A DNA stretch of 58,359 bases from Chromera velia (taxonomy: Eukaryota), in NCBI GenBank assembly GCA_018398765.1, contig JAHBMJ010000056.1, positions 1 to 58,359 on the forward strand, in the 5' to 3' direction. Positions 12,734 to 24,881 of this stretch are shown here, piece after piece (position 1 is the first letter of the stretch; every line of letters begins with the position of its first letter). The notes under the pieces were generated by a model that had not been told where the DNA came from, ran no database searches, and was given only the letters and a program-made list of their open reading frames with translations. The translations under genes were made by a program, and so were the position numbers.

Positions 12734-13956
12734 ACTCTTGAAATTATTTTCTTTTTGGACTTACAATGGAGTATATAAAACTTGAGAATTAACTCTCTAG
12801 CTTGCTCTAGCTGAAACTTTTATAATGAATTAACTAGTGAATTAATGATTTATACACAGTAGATTCATTATGAGATACTAGAAGTATTATGTAGTATCAT
12901 GTATGATACACCTAGCGATACACTATCACGATTCGCCTACATACATAAACTGTGATAGACATAGTATCATAAACAGACATAAAGTTTGGTAATTAAGCTA
13001 AGTTAATAGTGACAAGCAGGACATGTTTAATTTAATGAATCTGTACATAGCTTTTAATTTCAATTCAATTGGAATGATATTAGCTAGGATACTGGTATAT
13101 ATGATTTGATTTGAGTTGATTAAAACCATGCAGTGGGTATAACTCATCTTTAAGTCAGATCATGGCTTTTTAGGTTGCACTGCGGTTGACACAGCGCGGT
13201 CATTTATTTTTAATCAATGAAGATTAACTCCTAAACTAACCTTAGTAATTAAGCTTTACGATTGACTCATAAATAAAAGTCTAGAAATACTGATAATAAT
13301 AAAGGTCCGAGCTTAGGCTAGATAAAGGTTCATGTAATAAACAGACATTCAACTCTTGAAATTATTTTCTTTTTGGACTTACAATAGAGTATATAAAACT
13401 TGAGAATTAACTCTCTAGCTTGCTCTAGCTAAAACTTTTATAATGAATTAACTAGTGAATTAATGATTTATACACAGTACATTCATCATGAGATACTAGA
13501 AGTATTATATAGTATCATGTATGATACACCTAGCGATACACTATCACGATTCGCCTACATACATAAACTGTGATAGACATAGTATCATAAACAGACATAA
13601 AGTTTGGTAATCAAGCTAAGTCAATAGTGATAAGCAGGACATGTTTAATTTAATGAATCTGTACATAGCTTTCAATTTCAATTCAATTGGAATGATATTA
13701 GCCAGGATACTGGTATATATGATTTGATTTGAGTTGATTAAAACCATGCAGTGAGTATAACTCATCTTTAAGTCAGATCATGGCTTTTTAGGTTGCACTG
13801 CGGTTGACACAGCACGGTCATTTATTTTTAATCAATGAAGATTGACTCTCAAATTAAGCTTTACGATTGACTCATAAATAAAAGTCTAGAAATAGTGATA
13901 ATAATAAAGGTCCCAGCTCAGGCTAGATAAAGGTTCATGTAATAAACAGACATTCA
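12734..13956. repeat. Tandem duplication of a ~0.6-kb AT-rich unit (island 2)
   Basis: Copy A 12734-13351 (618 bp) and copy B 13352-13956 (605 bp). Manual alignment gives 16 substitutions and one indel. Confidence 0.95.
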
Positions 13957-14236
13957 GCTGATTTATTTGCTTACTCAACTTCTTTTCTATCTTTTAAAAT
14001 ATTCTTTTTACACATCAGGTTTCGTTCTTCCTTTATCCCGCTTCTTTTGTCCTTTTTCTTTTTCTTCTTCTTCCTTCTCTCCTTCTTTGCTTCCTCCAGT
14101 GAGTCCTGCCTGAGTTTTTGCTCTCTGCCCGACAGTCAATTCTGTCCTGGGATCTGTCTGTCACCGCTCCGCACGCAAGCACCCAAACAGCCAAAGAGCC
14201 AAACACCCAATCAATCAATCAACGAATTTGAATCGA

Positions 14237-15718
14237 TCAGCCTTCCCTTCTGTTAGGGGGGTCAAGAGGAACCACGCGCACAGCAACTGCCGCAGCTGCA
14301 CTGTTCCCCCCCCCCTCTGCACCCCCATCCGAACCCAAATAGAGCGAAGGGGACCCCCGAGAGTCCCCAGTATCGAGACAGAGCACGGAGCCCGACGCAG
14401 CATGGATCAGACGACCGGGGGGCACAGACCCGCCTGCCGACTGCTGCTGTTGGAGCGGCACCCACACCCATGAGCTCATCGACGCTGGGTCAAATCCCTT
14501 CGATGCCCCCTCTTCTTCGGCGAGGCAGATAAGGCGAAAAGTCCCGTTGGAGGCGGGGACTGCGCATAGAAACCGCTTCGGCGTTGTGCCGTCGTTGGCC
14601 TCGGCAGAGTAAATTCGCATTTTGGAGTGACCCTGTGCCTGCGTGCCCAGCAGCTGTAAAAGCCACTGCTGGTTGATTCTGCCTCTGCGCACAGGCCAGG
14701 GAAGGAGCGTGCGCCTCTTTGAGTCTGCAGCGTCCAGATCGAGCACCAGACCCTGGGCGCCTGTGCATTCCAACTGTAAAAGAACGGGAACTCCTTGAGG
14801 AGGAATGAGGGAGATCTCTTGGGTCTGGCTCTGCTGTGGGGGGGGGGAGTTCTGAGTTCTGGGAGGGCTTCGCTCGGGGGAGAGCTGGGTCGGCATTCCG
14901 GGATGTATGCGGACTTCTATCACATTGGGTTTGTGATACAAATCCATGGCGGCATTGCTGAAGAGAGTGGCAGCGGATGTGCCCCCCTCCTGCTCCCACG
15001 AAAGTCTCTTCACTCCCACCTCATCGTGCACGTGTCCGAAACAGTGCAAAGGAATCTGGAGGGCTCTCACAGTGGACAGCAACGGTTCACAGCCCCAGTG
15101 AGAGTAATTCGAGCGGTGGCCTTCACAGAGATTGCATTCCACCGTGGTGTCCCCCTTCCCTCTATGCCACGCCAGGTCCAAAACTCCCAGGGGAGGTTGG
15201 TGAGTCACCAAAATATCGGTATCCGCAGGAATCTCCAACCATTTCTTAGCTCGGTCTGCAATCCTCAATCCCCACGCCATCGAACAGTTATTCCAGGGTG
15301 ACCCGAAAATTTTGACCCCGTTGACGACAACAAACTCATCCAACAACATCACCCACCGATCCTTCTTCCCTGCCTGCTCTCTCTTCTTGTTGCTCTCCGC
15401 ATCACAGAGGAGCCTCCGACGAAGCTCTTCAACCTCCAGTCTGTCAAGTCCTAGTTCATGATTTCCACAGACGATAATCTTGAGGGGGTGGTTGAGGGTT
15501 GAAAACCATTCGAGGAAAGGAGTAACTTCATCGGCACCTTGGCGGATCCCCTGGTTCGTGAAGTCTCCACTGTGAATGAGAATATCCCCCTCAGGAATCG
15601 AAGTATAAGACTGGCAGTGAGTGTCACTGATGTGAACGACAGTCATTTTCTCGACAGCCTTCCCAGACACCCCAACGTGTCTGGCTTGTATCTCGCCACG
15701 TGTCTTGTGCTTCTGCAT
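14237..15718 (-). CDS. Calcineurin-like metallophosphoesterase (MPPED1/2-like) with C-terminal ricin-B/beta-trefoil-like domain; intronless
   Basis: Motifs HISDTH, ILIHSGDFT, IVCGNHE, ILVTHQPPLG, WGCEPL and HCFGHVH. After a Pro/Gln linker come LVLDL...INQQW and LIHAASGSVLCLDT, resembling QxW lectin repeats. Confidence 0.88.
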   Translation of the reverse strand: MQKHKTRGEIQARHVGVSGKAVEKMTVVHISDTHCQSYTSIPEGDILIHSGDFTNQGIRQGADEVTPFLEWFSTLNHPLKIIVCGNHELGLDRLEVEELRRRLLCDAESNKKREQAGKKDRWVMLLDEFVVVNGVKIFGSPWNNCSMAWGLRIADRAKKWLEIPADTDILVTHQPPLGVLDLAWHRGKGDTTVECNLCEGHRSNYSHWGCEPLLSTVRALQIPLHCFGHVHDEVGVKRLSWEQEGGTSAATLFSNAAMDLYHKPNVIEVRIHPGMPTQLSPERSPPRTQNSPPPQQSQTQEISLIPPQGVPVLLQLECTGAQGLVLDLDAADSKRRTLLPWPVRRGRINQQWLLQLLGTQAQGHSKMRIYSAEANDGTTPKRFLCAVPASNGTFRLICLAEEEGASKGFDPASMSSWVWVPLQQQQSAGGSVPPGRLIHAASGSVLCLDTGDSRGSPSLYLGSDGGAEGGGNSAAAAVAVRVVPLDPPNRREG

Positions 15719-15719
15719 T

Positions 15720-16297
15720 GCGTGAAAGGACGGGGAAAAAAATCCAGCGGCAAAGTGTCAGCTTTACTGCTCCAGTCGTTCTGCTATGGAATTTTGTGAT
15801 GCAGTGAGGCTGCAATGGACCCTGTCAAACTGCTTCGGCAATTAAAGCAGTGGCTCTGTCGTTTTCTGGAGTACTGTACTTCCGGCCGTGTTGTACATTT
15901 TCTGTTGATGAAAATTTTGAAATATCCACGGCAACTCAACGCCAGAGCCGATTAATCGGCTCTTGGGGAACTCAGCGCGCGTTTTGCGCGCACCGCGCCT
16001 GCATATCGCCTGCATGCATGCCGCGCAGCCCTGCGCATGCATGGCATGCATCGGTCGCGGGCCGGAGCTTGCGCCTCACAAGAATACAGACAGATCATCG
16101 AAGACAGATGAGCACAGCTTCGTATTGCTCGTGCGATTGATTAACGGCAGTCCTTAATTGCTGCTTCTTTCAGACTGCCGGCTTCTAGCAATTTTTCATG
16201 CGCCAGTGCCGTGCTTTCAACTTCCGCGATCATCCAGGCGAAGCTTTCGTAAATCAGTCTCCAACTCTGTCACTCTCTTGGGAAAAGAAAGGACAGG
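15720..16297. promoter_or_regulatory. Bidirectional promoter region (phosphoesterase / L17)
   Basis: Head-to-head genes with clustered TGCATGCA/GCATGC at 16011-16050 and GCGCGCGTTTTGCGCGC at 15975-15991. TGCATGCA is a known ApiAP2-type motif in apicomplexans. Confidence 0.6.
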
Positions 16298-18570
16298 ATG
16301 GGGTTCGGGGAGACCACGCGCTTCATTGGCCTCGGCGTCAAGAGGTCGAAATTTCGAAAATTCGGCCGTCACCCCCACATTCGGTGGAGCATGATGAAGT
16401 CAGTCTGCAGCGCCAGGAGACGGCTGCATTGTCTGTCTCCGTGTGTGTGCCCGTTGCCTTCCTCTTGCTGTTTCCCCACGGGGAGACTTGTACACGGAGA
16501 TCCGTTCTCAGTGCATGTGTGTGCGATGAATCTGACGGAATACCCCGTGCCTGCTTGCCTGCAGGACAATGGTAGACAATTTGATCAAGCACCAGCGCAT
16601 GGAGACGTCGGTGGCACGGGCCAAGGAAGTGCAGCAGTACGTTGAGGAGATTGTGCACTTCGCAAAAAAAGGTCAGGGAAGGGTGTGTGGACGTCAAGTA
16701 CACCCCTCTCCTGTTTTGTGATGTGCGTCGCCCAAGGAAAAAGGAAATCTGATTTGATGGATTGATTCAGTGATGGATTGATTGACTGAGCATAGTAACT
16801 ATCCTATACCAGCATAAGCAGAGTGAGTTGTGTACTTTGCGTGCCTGTTTGAATTTGTCTGTGTGGATGCATGAATGCATGGAAGGATGCATGGCGCAGG
16901 CGTCTTTGAATCTGCCCGTCTGGCGGTCTCTGCGGATCCGCGACTGCTCATTTTGGTTGCGTGTCTGTCACTCGATCTGCCTTTTCATCTTTCGTTCCTC
17001 CTGTCTTTGTGCCTTCCTACCTGTCTGCCTCCGTCTTTGCAGACACCCCCCAGGCCGACAAGATTGTGGAGTCGATGCTAGTCTCCAGCCAGGCCCGTCA
17101 GATTCTCTACGAGAAGCTCCTCCCTAGGTACAGAGAGAGGCCTTTTTTCGTCACGCGCATCGTGCCCCAGTGGAGGGTACGCATGAGGGACGCATCGCCT
17201 CGGGCCTTCATCGAATTCATCGATAGGTCAGAATGGGGGTGGGGTGGGGGGGGGGTTAGGTGCGGTTGGGTTACTTGCACGGTTGTTTGGCATTGTCACA
17301 GTTTGTCTGTAGCAGTGAAGCAAGAGTATAAACAAGAGTAAGAAAGATTTAATAACAGAGAGAGAGAGAGAGACAAAAGTGGGGGGCAAAATTGCCAGCG
17401 CCGCTCAACCTCTACTTGCTGCGTTATTCAAGATGCCGTCTGCAGACCTGGGGAGTTGCGTCCGGCAAGGCCTGTGGGGAATCGGAAACTTCTGTGGCTT
17501 TGGGAGGCGATGCAGAAGACTCGAAGGAACCATCGGAGATATTTTTTTGTCAGCCGAGTGTGGGATTTTTGGTTTGGTTTTTCAAAGGCCAAGAAGAAGA
17601 CAAAAGGTTTTCTCTAGTGTCTAGTCCTTCGCGCTCTTGAACCCATTTGGTTCTCTGGGTCTCTATCAGAAGAATTGGAGGTTTCCTCTATCCGTCTGTG
17701 TCTCTTCTTCATCAATCCATTCGTACATTCTCTTCTTATTTACAGCTCCCTTTCTGTCTGGCTGTGCTTCTGTCTCTCTGTTTGTTTTGCCGGTCTGTCT
17801 GTGAGGAAAGCGGCAGAAAGCATGGGAAAAGTTGCGATAGACCTGTCGGCCGACCTACCCCTCTACCTGGCTTTCTGCGTTTCTGTCTACCTGCCTGCCT
17901 GCCTGTTTCTCCAGGTGCTTGCCTTCCGGTCTGTTTGTCTACCTCTGCCTGTTTGTGTCTGTCTTCCTCTCCGTCAGCCTTTGTTGTGCATGAAAAGAGG
18001 AAGGAAGAAAAAAAAAACATGTAGTCTGTCTGTCTGTCTGTCGGTCTGTCTGTCTGTCAAGAAAAGAAGACGATATAATCTGTCTGTATTGTCTGTCTGT
18101 CTGTCTGTCTGTCTGTAGAGGGAGAAGAAGAAGAAACATATAGTCTGTCTGTCTGCCTGTCTGTCTGTCTCTCTGTCTGTCTGTCTGCCTGTCTGTCTGT
18201 CTGTCTGTCTGTCAAGAAAAGAAGACGATACAATCTGTCTGTATTGTCTGTCTGTCTGTTGATCTGTCTGTCTGTCGGTCTGTCTGTCTGTCAATGTTCC
18301 ATGAAAAGGAGAGGAAATGCAACGCTGTCAGCTCTCTCTTGTGTCCCTCTGCGTGTGTCTCTTCTTCTCTCTCTGTTCAGACGGCGAAACGGTTAGGGCT
18401 CCTGACTGAGGAGGGAAAACTGATAGAGGACCCGAAAACGCTGCTCAAGTTGCATAACTTCAGAGTGAGTGCAGAACTGTTTTTTTCCCTTTGATGCCTG
18501 ACGGAGACCTTTTCGTCTTCAATCAGTCATATTCAGGAAGAGAGGCTGCGAGAAACGAGGAACCCGTTGT

Positions 18571-18619
<49 letters not shown>

Positions 18620-19205
18620 GAGGTGTGACTTCTCTCAAGTCTCTTGGTTGTAGTAGACTTCTGATAGATACGTATGCACATGCACGCACGTACGGTGTGC
18701 GACTTGCCTGGTCCAACGTTTTGTCCTGTCAACGTCTATGGTTCTCTCAGTACGTGACTATGTTGTCTCAGACACACTCGTTGCGTGGGTCAGAACGCGA
18801 AGCGTGGTGATCACTTGTGCAGATCACTTGTGCAGCCCTTCCTGCGTTCTTACAAACACTGAAGGAGCATCCCAACGCAGGAAGGAAAAAAGATCGAGAG
18901 GTACTTTGAACGAGCATCATTTAAGCGCTTGGAAATATTCTGATTTCATTCAACTCCTCTTTGCCTGCCTGCCTACCTGCCTGCAGTGGAAGCACGATCC
19001 GATGGACGCCACAGAGGAGGGGGGGGATGTGTTGCTGACGGAATCAGATCGAATCGCCAGGCCCATTCAGGTCCCCCCGTCTGACCTCTCTATGCTGGAT
19101 TCGTTGCAACCGCGGAACTACCCCTTTGCCTTGGAACTCAACAAAAATGCATTGCGAAAGGTAAAAGAGCAAAAATATTTCAAGGGATTCATTAAAAAGT
19201 TCTGA
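16298..19205 (+). CDS. MRPL17: Mitochondrial ribosomal protein L17 (bL17m), 6 exons
   Basis: Exons 16298-16398, 16565-16671, 17043-17226, 17446-17548, 18381-18464 and 18987-19205 splice in frame. Product includes KFRKFGRHPHIRWSMMKTMVDNLIKHQRMETSVARAKEVQQYVEEIVHFAKK...LLPRYRERPFFVTRIV...DASPRAFIEFIDRPGELRPARPVG, an L17 signature. Confidence 0.9.
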
Positions 19206-19487
19206 TCTCGGCCCGGGATTTTCGGATCGTGATGGGCTCTTACGTAGCCTTAAGGCAGCAGCACCAAGAGCAAGAAAGCCATTAATAATTCTAGTAATAA
19301 TTGCAATTTGCAAGTTTAAGCACCACCAAACCAGTAAATATGATCAGAATATCTATAACATATGACCAATAATTTGATGTGACAGGATCAATTTCACTGC
19401 ATGCATGGCAACCACCAATTACTAAGTTCCTCCAAGAATTCCTAGCTGGATTCACTTTAACTATAATACGAAACCCTACAGGTACTA

Positions 19488-19863
19488 CCGTATGTTCAAT
19501 AATTCACCGCAAAATTTTAAAAGATAAAACTTTGCAACGATGAAGAGTTAGAAACTGAAACTTTTTATATATAAACTCCCACTGATATACAACTAATCTT
19601 TGAAAAATATATGTATTGACACCGCGGAGTCATAAGCAATCTTTTTTAATGCTTTATGAAAAACTTAGGTTTTTTGTTTGGAAGTCCGATTTTGCATATT
19701 TTTTTTTTCTGATTATCTAAAGATTATGAAGCGCTCTAAAGAGCAAAAGTACGAATTCTAACCCCTGGCTGTATGTTTCTTTGCACGGCTGTTTTAGAAT
19801 ATCCTTCCTGAACATGTAAGATTTTTTTGAAATTTTTTCAAACTCTATTTATTGAACATACGG
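19488..19863. mobile_element. 376-bp MITE, Tc1/mariner-pogo type, copy 1
   Basis: TIR CCGTATGTTCAATAA...TTATTGAACATACGG. TA on the left flank; the right flank reads AA. Near-identical to 20428-20803. Confidence 0.85.
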
Positions 19864-20427
19864 AATGCATACTCGTAAAAAAATTAAAATAAAATGTTTT
19901 AACGTACATTCAGAGTTTCTTTCTTATAAATAAAGGCAAACTACTCTTAGCTTTTATATGTTATTAGAAAAGAGTGCTGGGGCACTTTTTTTAAAAAAAT
20001 TGTGTTTTTAATTAAAATGACTAAAATTATATACTGATCAGCATACACACCTGGATCAAATTCTTTTAAGATATTAGATCACATTAAAAGGCTTAAAAGA
20101 AAGAAAAGTATCATAGTATGAAAAGATATAATTATTGTATAGCATGAAGTTCTTTACAATCTGTTTGCAAGTTTGTGTTCATGTGAAGTTTAATCACTAA
20201 CGTGACGGTACCCTAATGCCTCTACCATCCGCTTTGCCCTTCCCTGGACCGCCCCACAGATAGACCTAATATAACTCTTTCGGAGGGACTGGATCAGATG
20301 AATGATGCGATTTTGATACTGCAGAGTGCTCTTCTGCAGGCTGGCAATATGCATGCATGCAAGTTTTGACCGGCGCGCGGCCCCGTCTTGTCCCAGCGTG
20401 CACTGAGGCCCGCCGCGGCCCAGTATA

Positions 20428-20803
20428 CCGTATATTCAATAATTCACCGCAAAATTTCAAAAGATAAAACTTTGCAACGATAAAGAGTTAAAAACTGAAA
20501 CTTTTTGTGTGTAAACTCCCACTGATATACAACTAATCCTTGAAAAATATATGTATTGACACCGCGGAGTCATAAGCAATCTTTTTTAATGCTTTATGAA
20601 AAACTTAGGTTTTTTGTTTGGAAGTCCGATTTTACATTTTTTTTTTTTCTGATTATCTAAAGATTATGAAGCGCTCTAAAGAGTAAAAGTACGAATTCCA
20701 ACCCCCGGCTGTATGTTTCTTTGCACGGCTGTTTTAGAATATCCTTCTTGAACATGTAAGATTTTTTTGAAATTTTTTCAAACTCTATTTATTGAACATA
20801 CGG
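20428..20803. mobile_element. 376-bp MITE, Tc1/mariner-pogo type, copy 2
   Basis: Same TIR with one mismatch, flanked by TA on both sides (20426-27, 20804-05). 14 substitutions relative to copy 1. Confidence 0.88.
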
Positions 20804-21349
20804 TAGTACAGTAAAATTAAAATTAAATTATGTCACAGTAACTATGATTATTACTATGATGCGCCATCGCCATCCATATCCAGAGCTAGCATAACTGTCA
20901 TTGATCCTGCCATTATCACAAAAATTGCTTATTACCATTAATTCAATCATAATACTGTAATCATGACTAGAGTCATAATAGGGCTTTTATCTTTTTTAAA
21001 TATATGAAGAATCGTTGAAAAATTTTGATTTTTGAAGTGTATTATAAAATTTATAATAAAAAATAACCAAATTTATTGCTCTACAGTATTTAAAAATTTT
21101 GTTTCATTTAATTGTAAATTTGAAAGTCTAGTTGAAAGTAATGTCGCCGTTACCGACGACGGCGTATCAGCTTGCAATCTAGCTTACAACTAAACCTATG
21201 ATATCCTATGATGATACGTAGACTTAGACGTAGACCTATCTCACGTTACCTATTCCCAGCCGTCTCTTGATGTCTGCTAATGTATCACGGAGCGTTGTAA
21301 CACATTTACGCACACATCCACAAACCTAAGAAGAAACAAGTCTAAATCA

Positions 21350-21440
21350 CTACAAGCCGGACATTGTGGGCCTCTTCTTTAAAGTTTGTACATACGCGTG
21401 ATGGTCCCGGAGCCTCTGAATATTCTCACATCGATCTCTG

Positions 21441-21507
<67 letters not shown>

Positions 21508-22707
21508 CGACAGCCAGAATGCGAGGGAAGATGGGCGGGTGGAGAGAGATGGAGATACACATACACATACACATACACATTTTTTTCTTTGTTGACTGGT
21601 CTGTGCGTCTTTTGAGAAATGCGCAAGGCTGCTGGAAATTCTGACTTCCATACAGCCGCTGCACGGAATAAAGCACTTCAGCGTCAAACCAGCCGGAAAA
21701 ACAGAAAAAAACTTCTTTATTTTTTTTCTTTCTTTGCCGTCTATCTGTCTGTCTGGCTGCCTGTCTGTTCATCTGCCTGTCTGTTCATTTGATCCCAACA
21801 TCGCCCTCATTGGACACTTCATTCGACTTGATGGACATTCTGATCTTCACAGAGAGAAATCTCCGTTTCTTCACTGCTGAATTCTCCTCCGCACAGGAGA
21901 CGAAAAACATGCAGCCCTGCAGGGAGGCTGACTTGATGTCTTCCATGAGGTCTGTGAAGACCTGATATTTCTTGATCTTCACCCCCCTTCTCTGGGCCTT
22001 GTCAGACACCAGGTTGTGAACTTCCACCTGCAGGAAGGCACATTCCCCCCTCCCTTCTCACTGTACTTTTGTGGGTTCACGCACATTTGTTCCCGTCATA
22101 TACTAAGAAACGGTCCTACTGACACGCATGCACAACGAATCCCCCCCGCCCGCCCACAGACCCACAGGAACCTGTAAGTCGACACATGCATCAATCCCCC
22201 CCACTCTTGACCAAAAGTCACGTCGGGAGGGAGGGAGGCCCTGCATCACTCTCCTTTACCGAATGCATTCACCGTCTTTTGCCGATTATTTCCCGATCAA
22301 ACAAAACCTCTTAACCTGTGTGTACTTCCTCAATATGTGCTACCGGCGATTGTTGTCTGACCTTCTCAGAGTACGTAGACAGTAACTTGACTACGGGCGT
22401 GAATTGATACAAAAAAGCATACGATTTCTTTCATCTTGCATCCTCAAAAACCTTAATTCACAGACGAAAGATGCCATGATACGCAAATGACGCACGCAGG
22501 ATCGATCTTTTCGGGACACCTGCAGCCTGCCTGCCTGACCGACCTGGAATGCATACACAGGGCAGTACCCGAAGTGTTGCTCCACCACCGCGTGTTCGAC
22601 GTCCCGAGTCTGCACGTGCACCCACACGCAGGCACGGAGACGCACAGGCACAAAATGCACTTACACTCACACTGAGTAACCCTTAGACGCACTCACACAC
22701 ACTCACA

Positions 22708-22771
<64 letters not shown>

Positions 22772-24839
22772 AAGCGTACTTTCAAAGGCCCCACTCCCCC
22801 ATGCACCACAGGCACCCGCATCCCAAACGCCTCCTCCATGTCTTTGAAACCGTCCAAGAGCAAGTCGAAGCTCTGCATACTCGAAGTCTTCAAAATCACC
22901 GGCACGACCGGAACTCTGTCAGGCAGTCGGGACGCCATGACATCCTCCTCTCCTTCTTCCTCTTCCCCCTCGTCTACGTCCTTCCCCTTCCCCCTCCCAG
23001 CAGCTTTCCTTCCGAGCTCCGCTTCCCCTTCCACTTGTGCGAGGAACTTCTGCTCTTCTGGCACAGACAGGGGAGGCAGCCTTCGGGCGATCCTTCGCAC
23101 TCTCTCGGCTTCAAGTACTAGCTCCGCCTTGGCTCGTCTCTGCCGTCTCCTTTCCATCTCCTGCACACCACAAGTTCATTCAGGTGACTCAAGTCATTCC
23201 TTCTTCCCCATTCTTCTCTGTCGACTGTCAAATCGGGGTCCCCCCCCCCCTTCCACACACAATGAGACACTTGGCGAAGTTGAAAAGACGAAAAAGGACA
23301 AGAAAAGAAAAAAGAAAGAATGCAAATCGATAGACCATAATATGTGTGCTCCGTTGACGAACATCTTAGAAAAAGAGAGAAACGGTCTGAGCAAATGACA
23401 AAGCATGCTGCTTCTTAAGAACATCAATGAAGAAGGCGAAGATAAGAATCGTATCCAGGCCACATAGGAATTCCGCAACCCGATCGAAACAAACGACCCA
23501 TTCATTCATCTTCATTCCACCTCTAAGTCTCCCATCAACAAGCATACATTCGCGAATGGAGACGCACTGACTGACTCTTGTCAGATGGTTTTGTCTCCAT
23601 CTCTTCATGACCCTTTTGCTGTATGCCTCTGCCTGAGCATACCAATTTTCTCTGTCAGTCCACAACACCTCCTCGATCTCTGCGTTCTCATTCTCCCTTT
23701 CCTGCCCCCCCCCCAAATTTTCACTAGATGATGATGCTTCATTTCTTTGAGTCTGTCGTCGGCCCGCTCCACTTCTACTCCTTCGTCCGCGACGGCCACT
23801 CCCTTCTTGCCCCTCGCCTGTCTCTTCCGTAGTCGCGTCGTTCTCCTCAGTGAGTTCGGGTGCGACTGGTGACGATGATGCGAAGTTTTCGAGATCTTTC
23901 TTCCGCCTCCTGCGAGACAGGGCGCGAAGCCACGCCTGAATGCCCTCCTTCCCACCCTCCACTGCCCATTGTGGTGGAGTAAAGACTTCCTCATGCTCCT
24001 CATTCTCATAGCCTTCCTCAAGGCTCCCTCCACTCCCCGTGCTTCTCGTCTCCCCGTCCTGTCTCATGGGCCTCACCAGAATCGAGGCTGTCTCCGAAGA
24101 GTCAAATCGGGGCAGCCTGTAAGAGCAGGGTGGAAACACAGGGGAAAAAAGAAGAGAGAGAAAAGAAAAACGTCTCAGGAGGAAACAGTGCAGGAGGAAG
24201 AGGCACGAAAGTAGAGCTGCAAAAATAAAAAGGAGGGGAAGGTAATCTTTTTACAAGTCCCCGGTTTTATTTCCCGTAAAAACAATTGAGGGGATAAGGA
24301 CAGGGTTTGGAAACATGTGGGAGAGAGGGAAGGGGGGGGGCGGGTATGGAGGGAAGTGATGAGCGCAAGCTTGAGGATACTTTACAATGCGATGAAAATA
24401 CTGTGTGTTGAAGAAACGATTCCTTCTTTGTATGTGTCCACACCCACGTTCGTTTGCTCTTCTTGGCACCTGGGCCTTCATGCTCATCCACTTCATCTTC
24501 TGATTCCTCCCCGTTTCCTGCATAGCGGTGCTGCATGATTACACACAAAGAGGGAGGGGAAGAGAAAGAGAGAGGGTAAGGGCAACAAACGGAGAAAGAT
24601 GCAAAGGAAAACCGCACACACAAAAAAGCACTCTGTCACGAGGAGATCCAATTGGGACCGAAAAATTCAAAGGAGGAAAGGCGACTGGGTCCAAAGGAGG
24701 AAAGGAAGAAACAGGGAGGGGTGCGTGGACAGAGTATCTGTCTGTGTAGGTGGAATTTACCAATAGACAGGGACGGGGACAAAGAGAGTCAACCATATAT
24801 TAAAAAGTAAACACACACACACGCACACACACACACACA

Positions 24840-24881
<42 letters not shown>

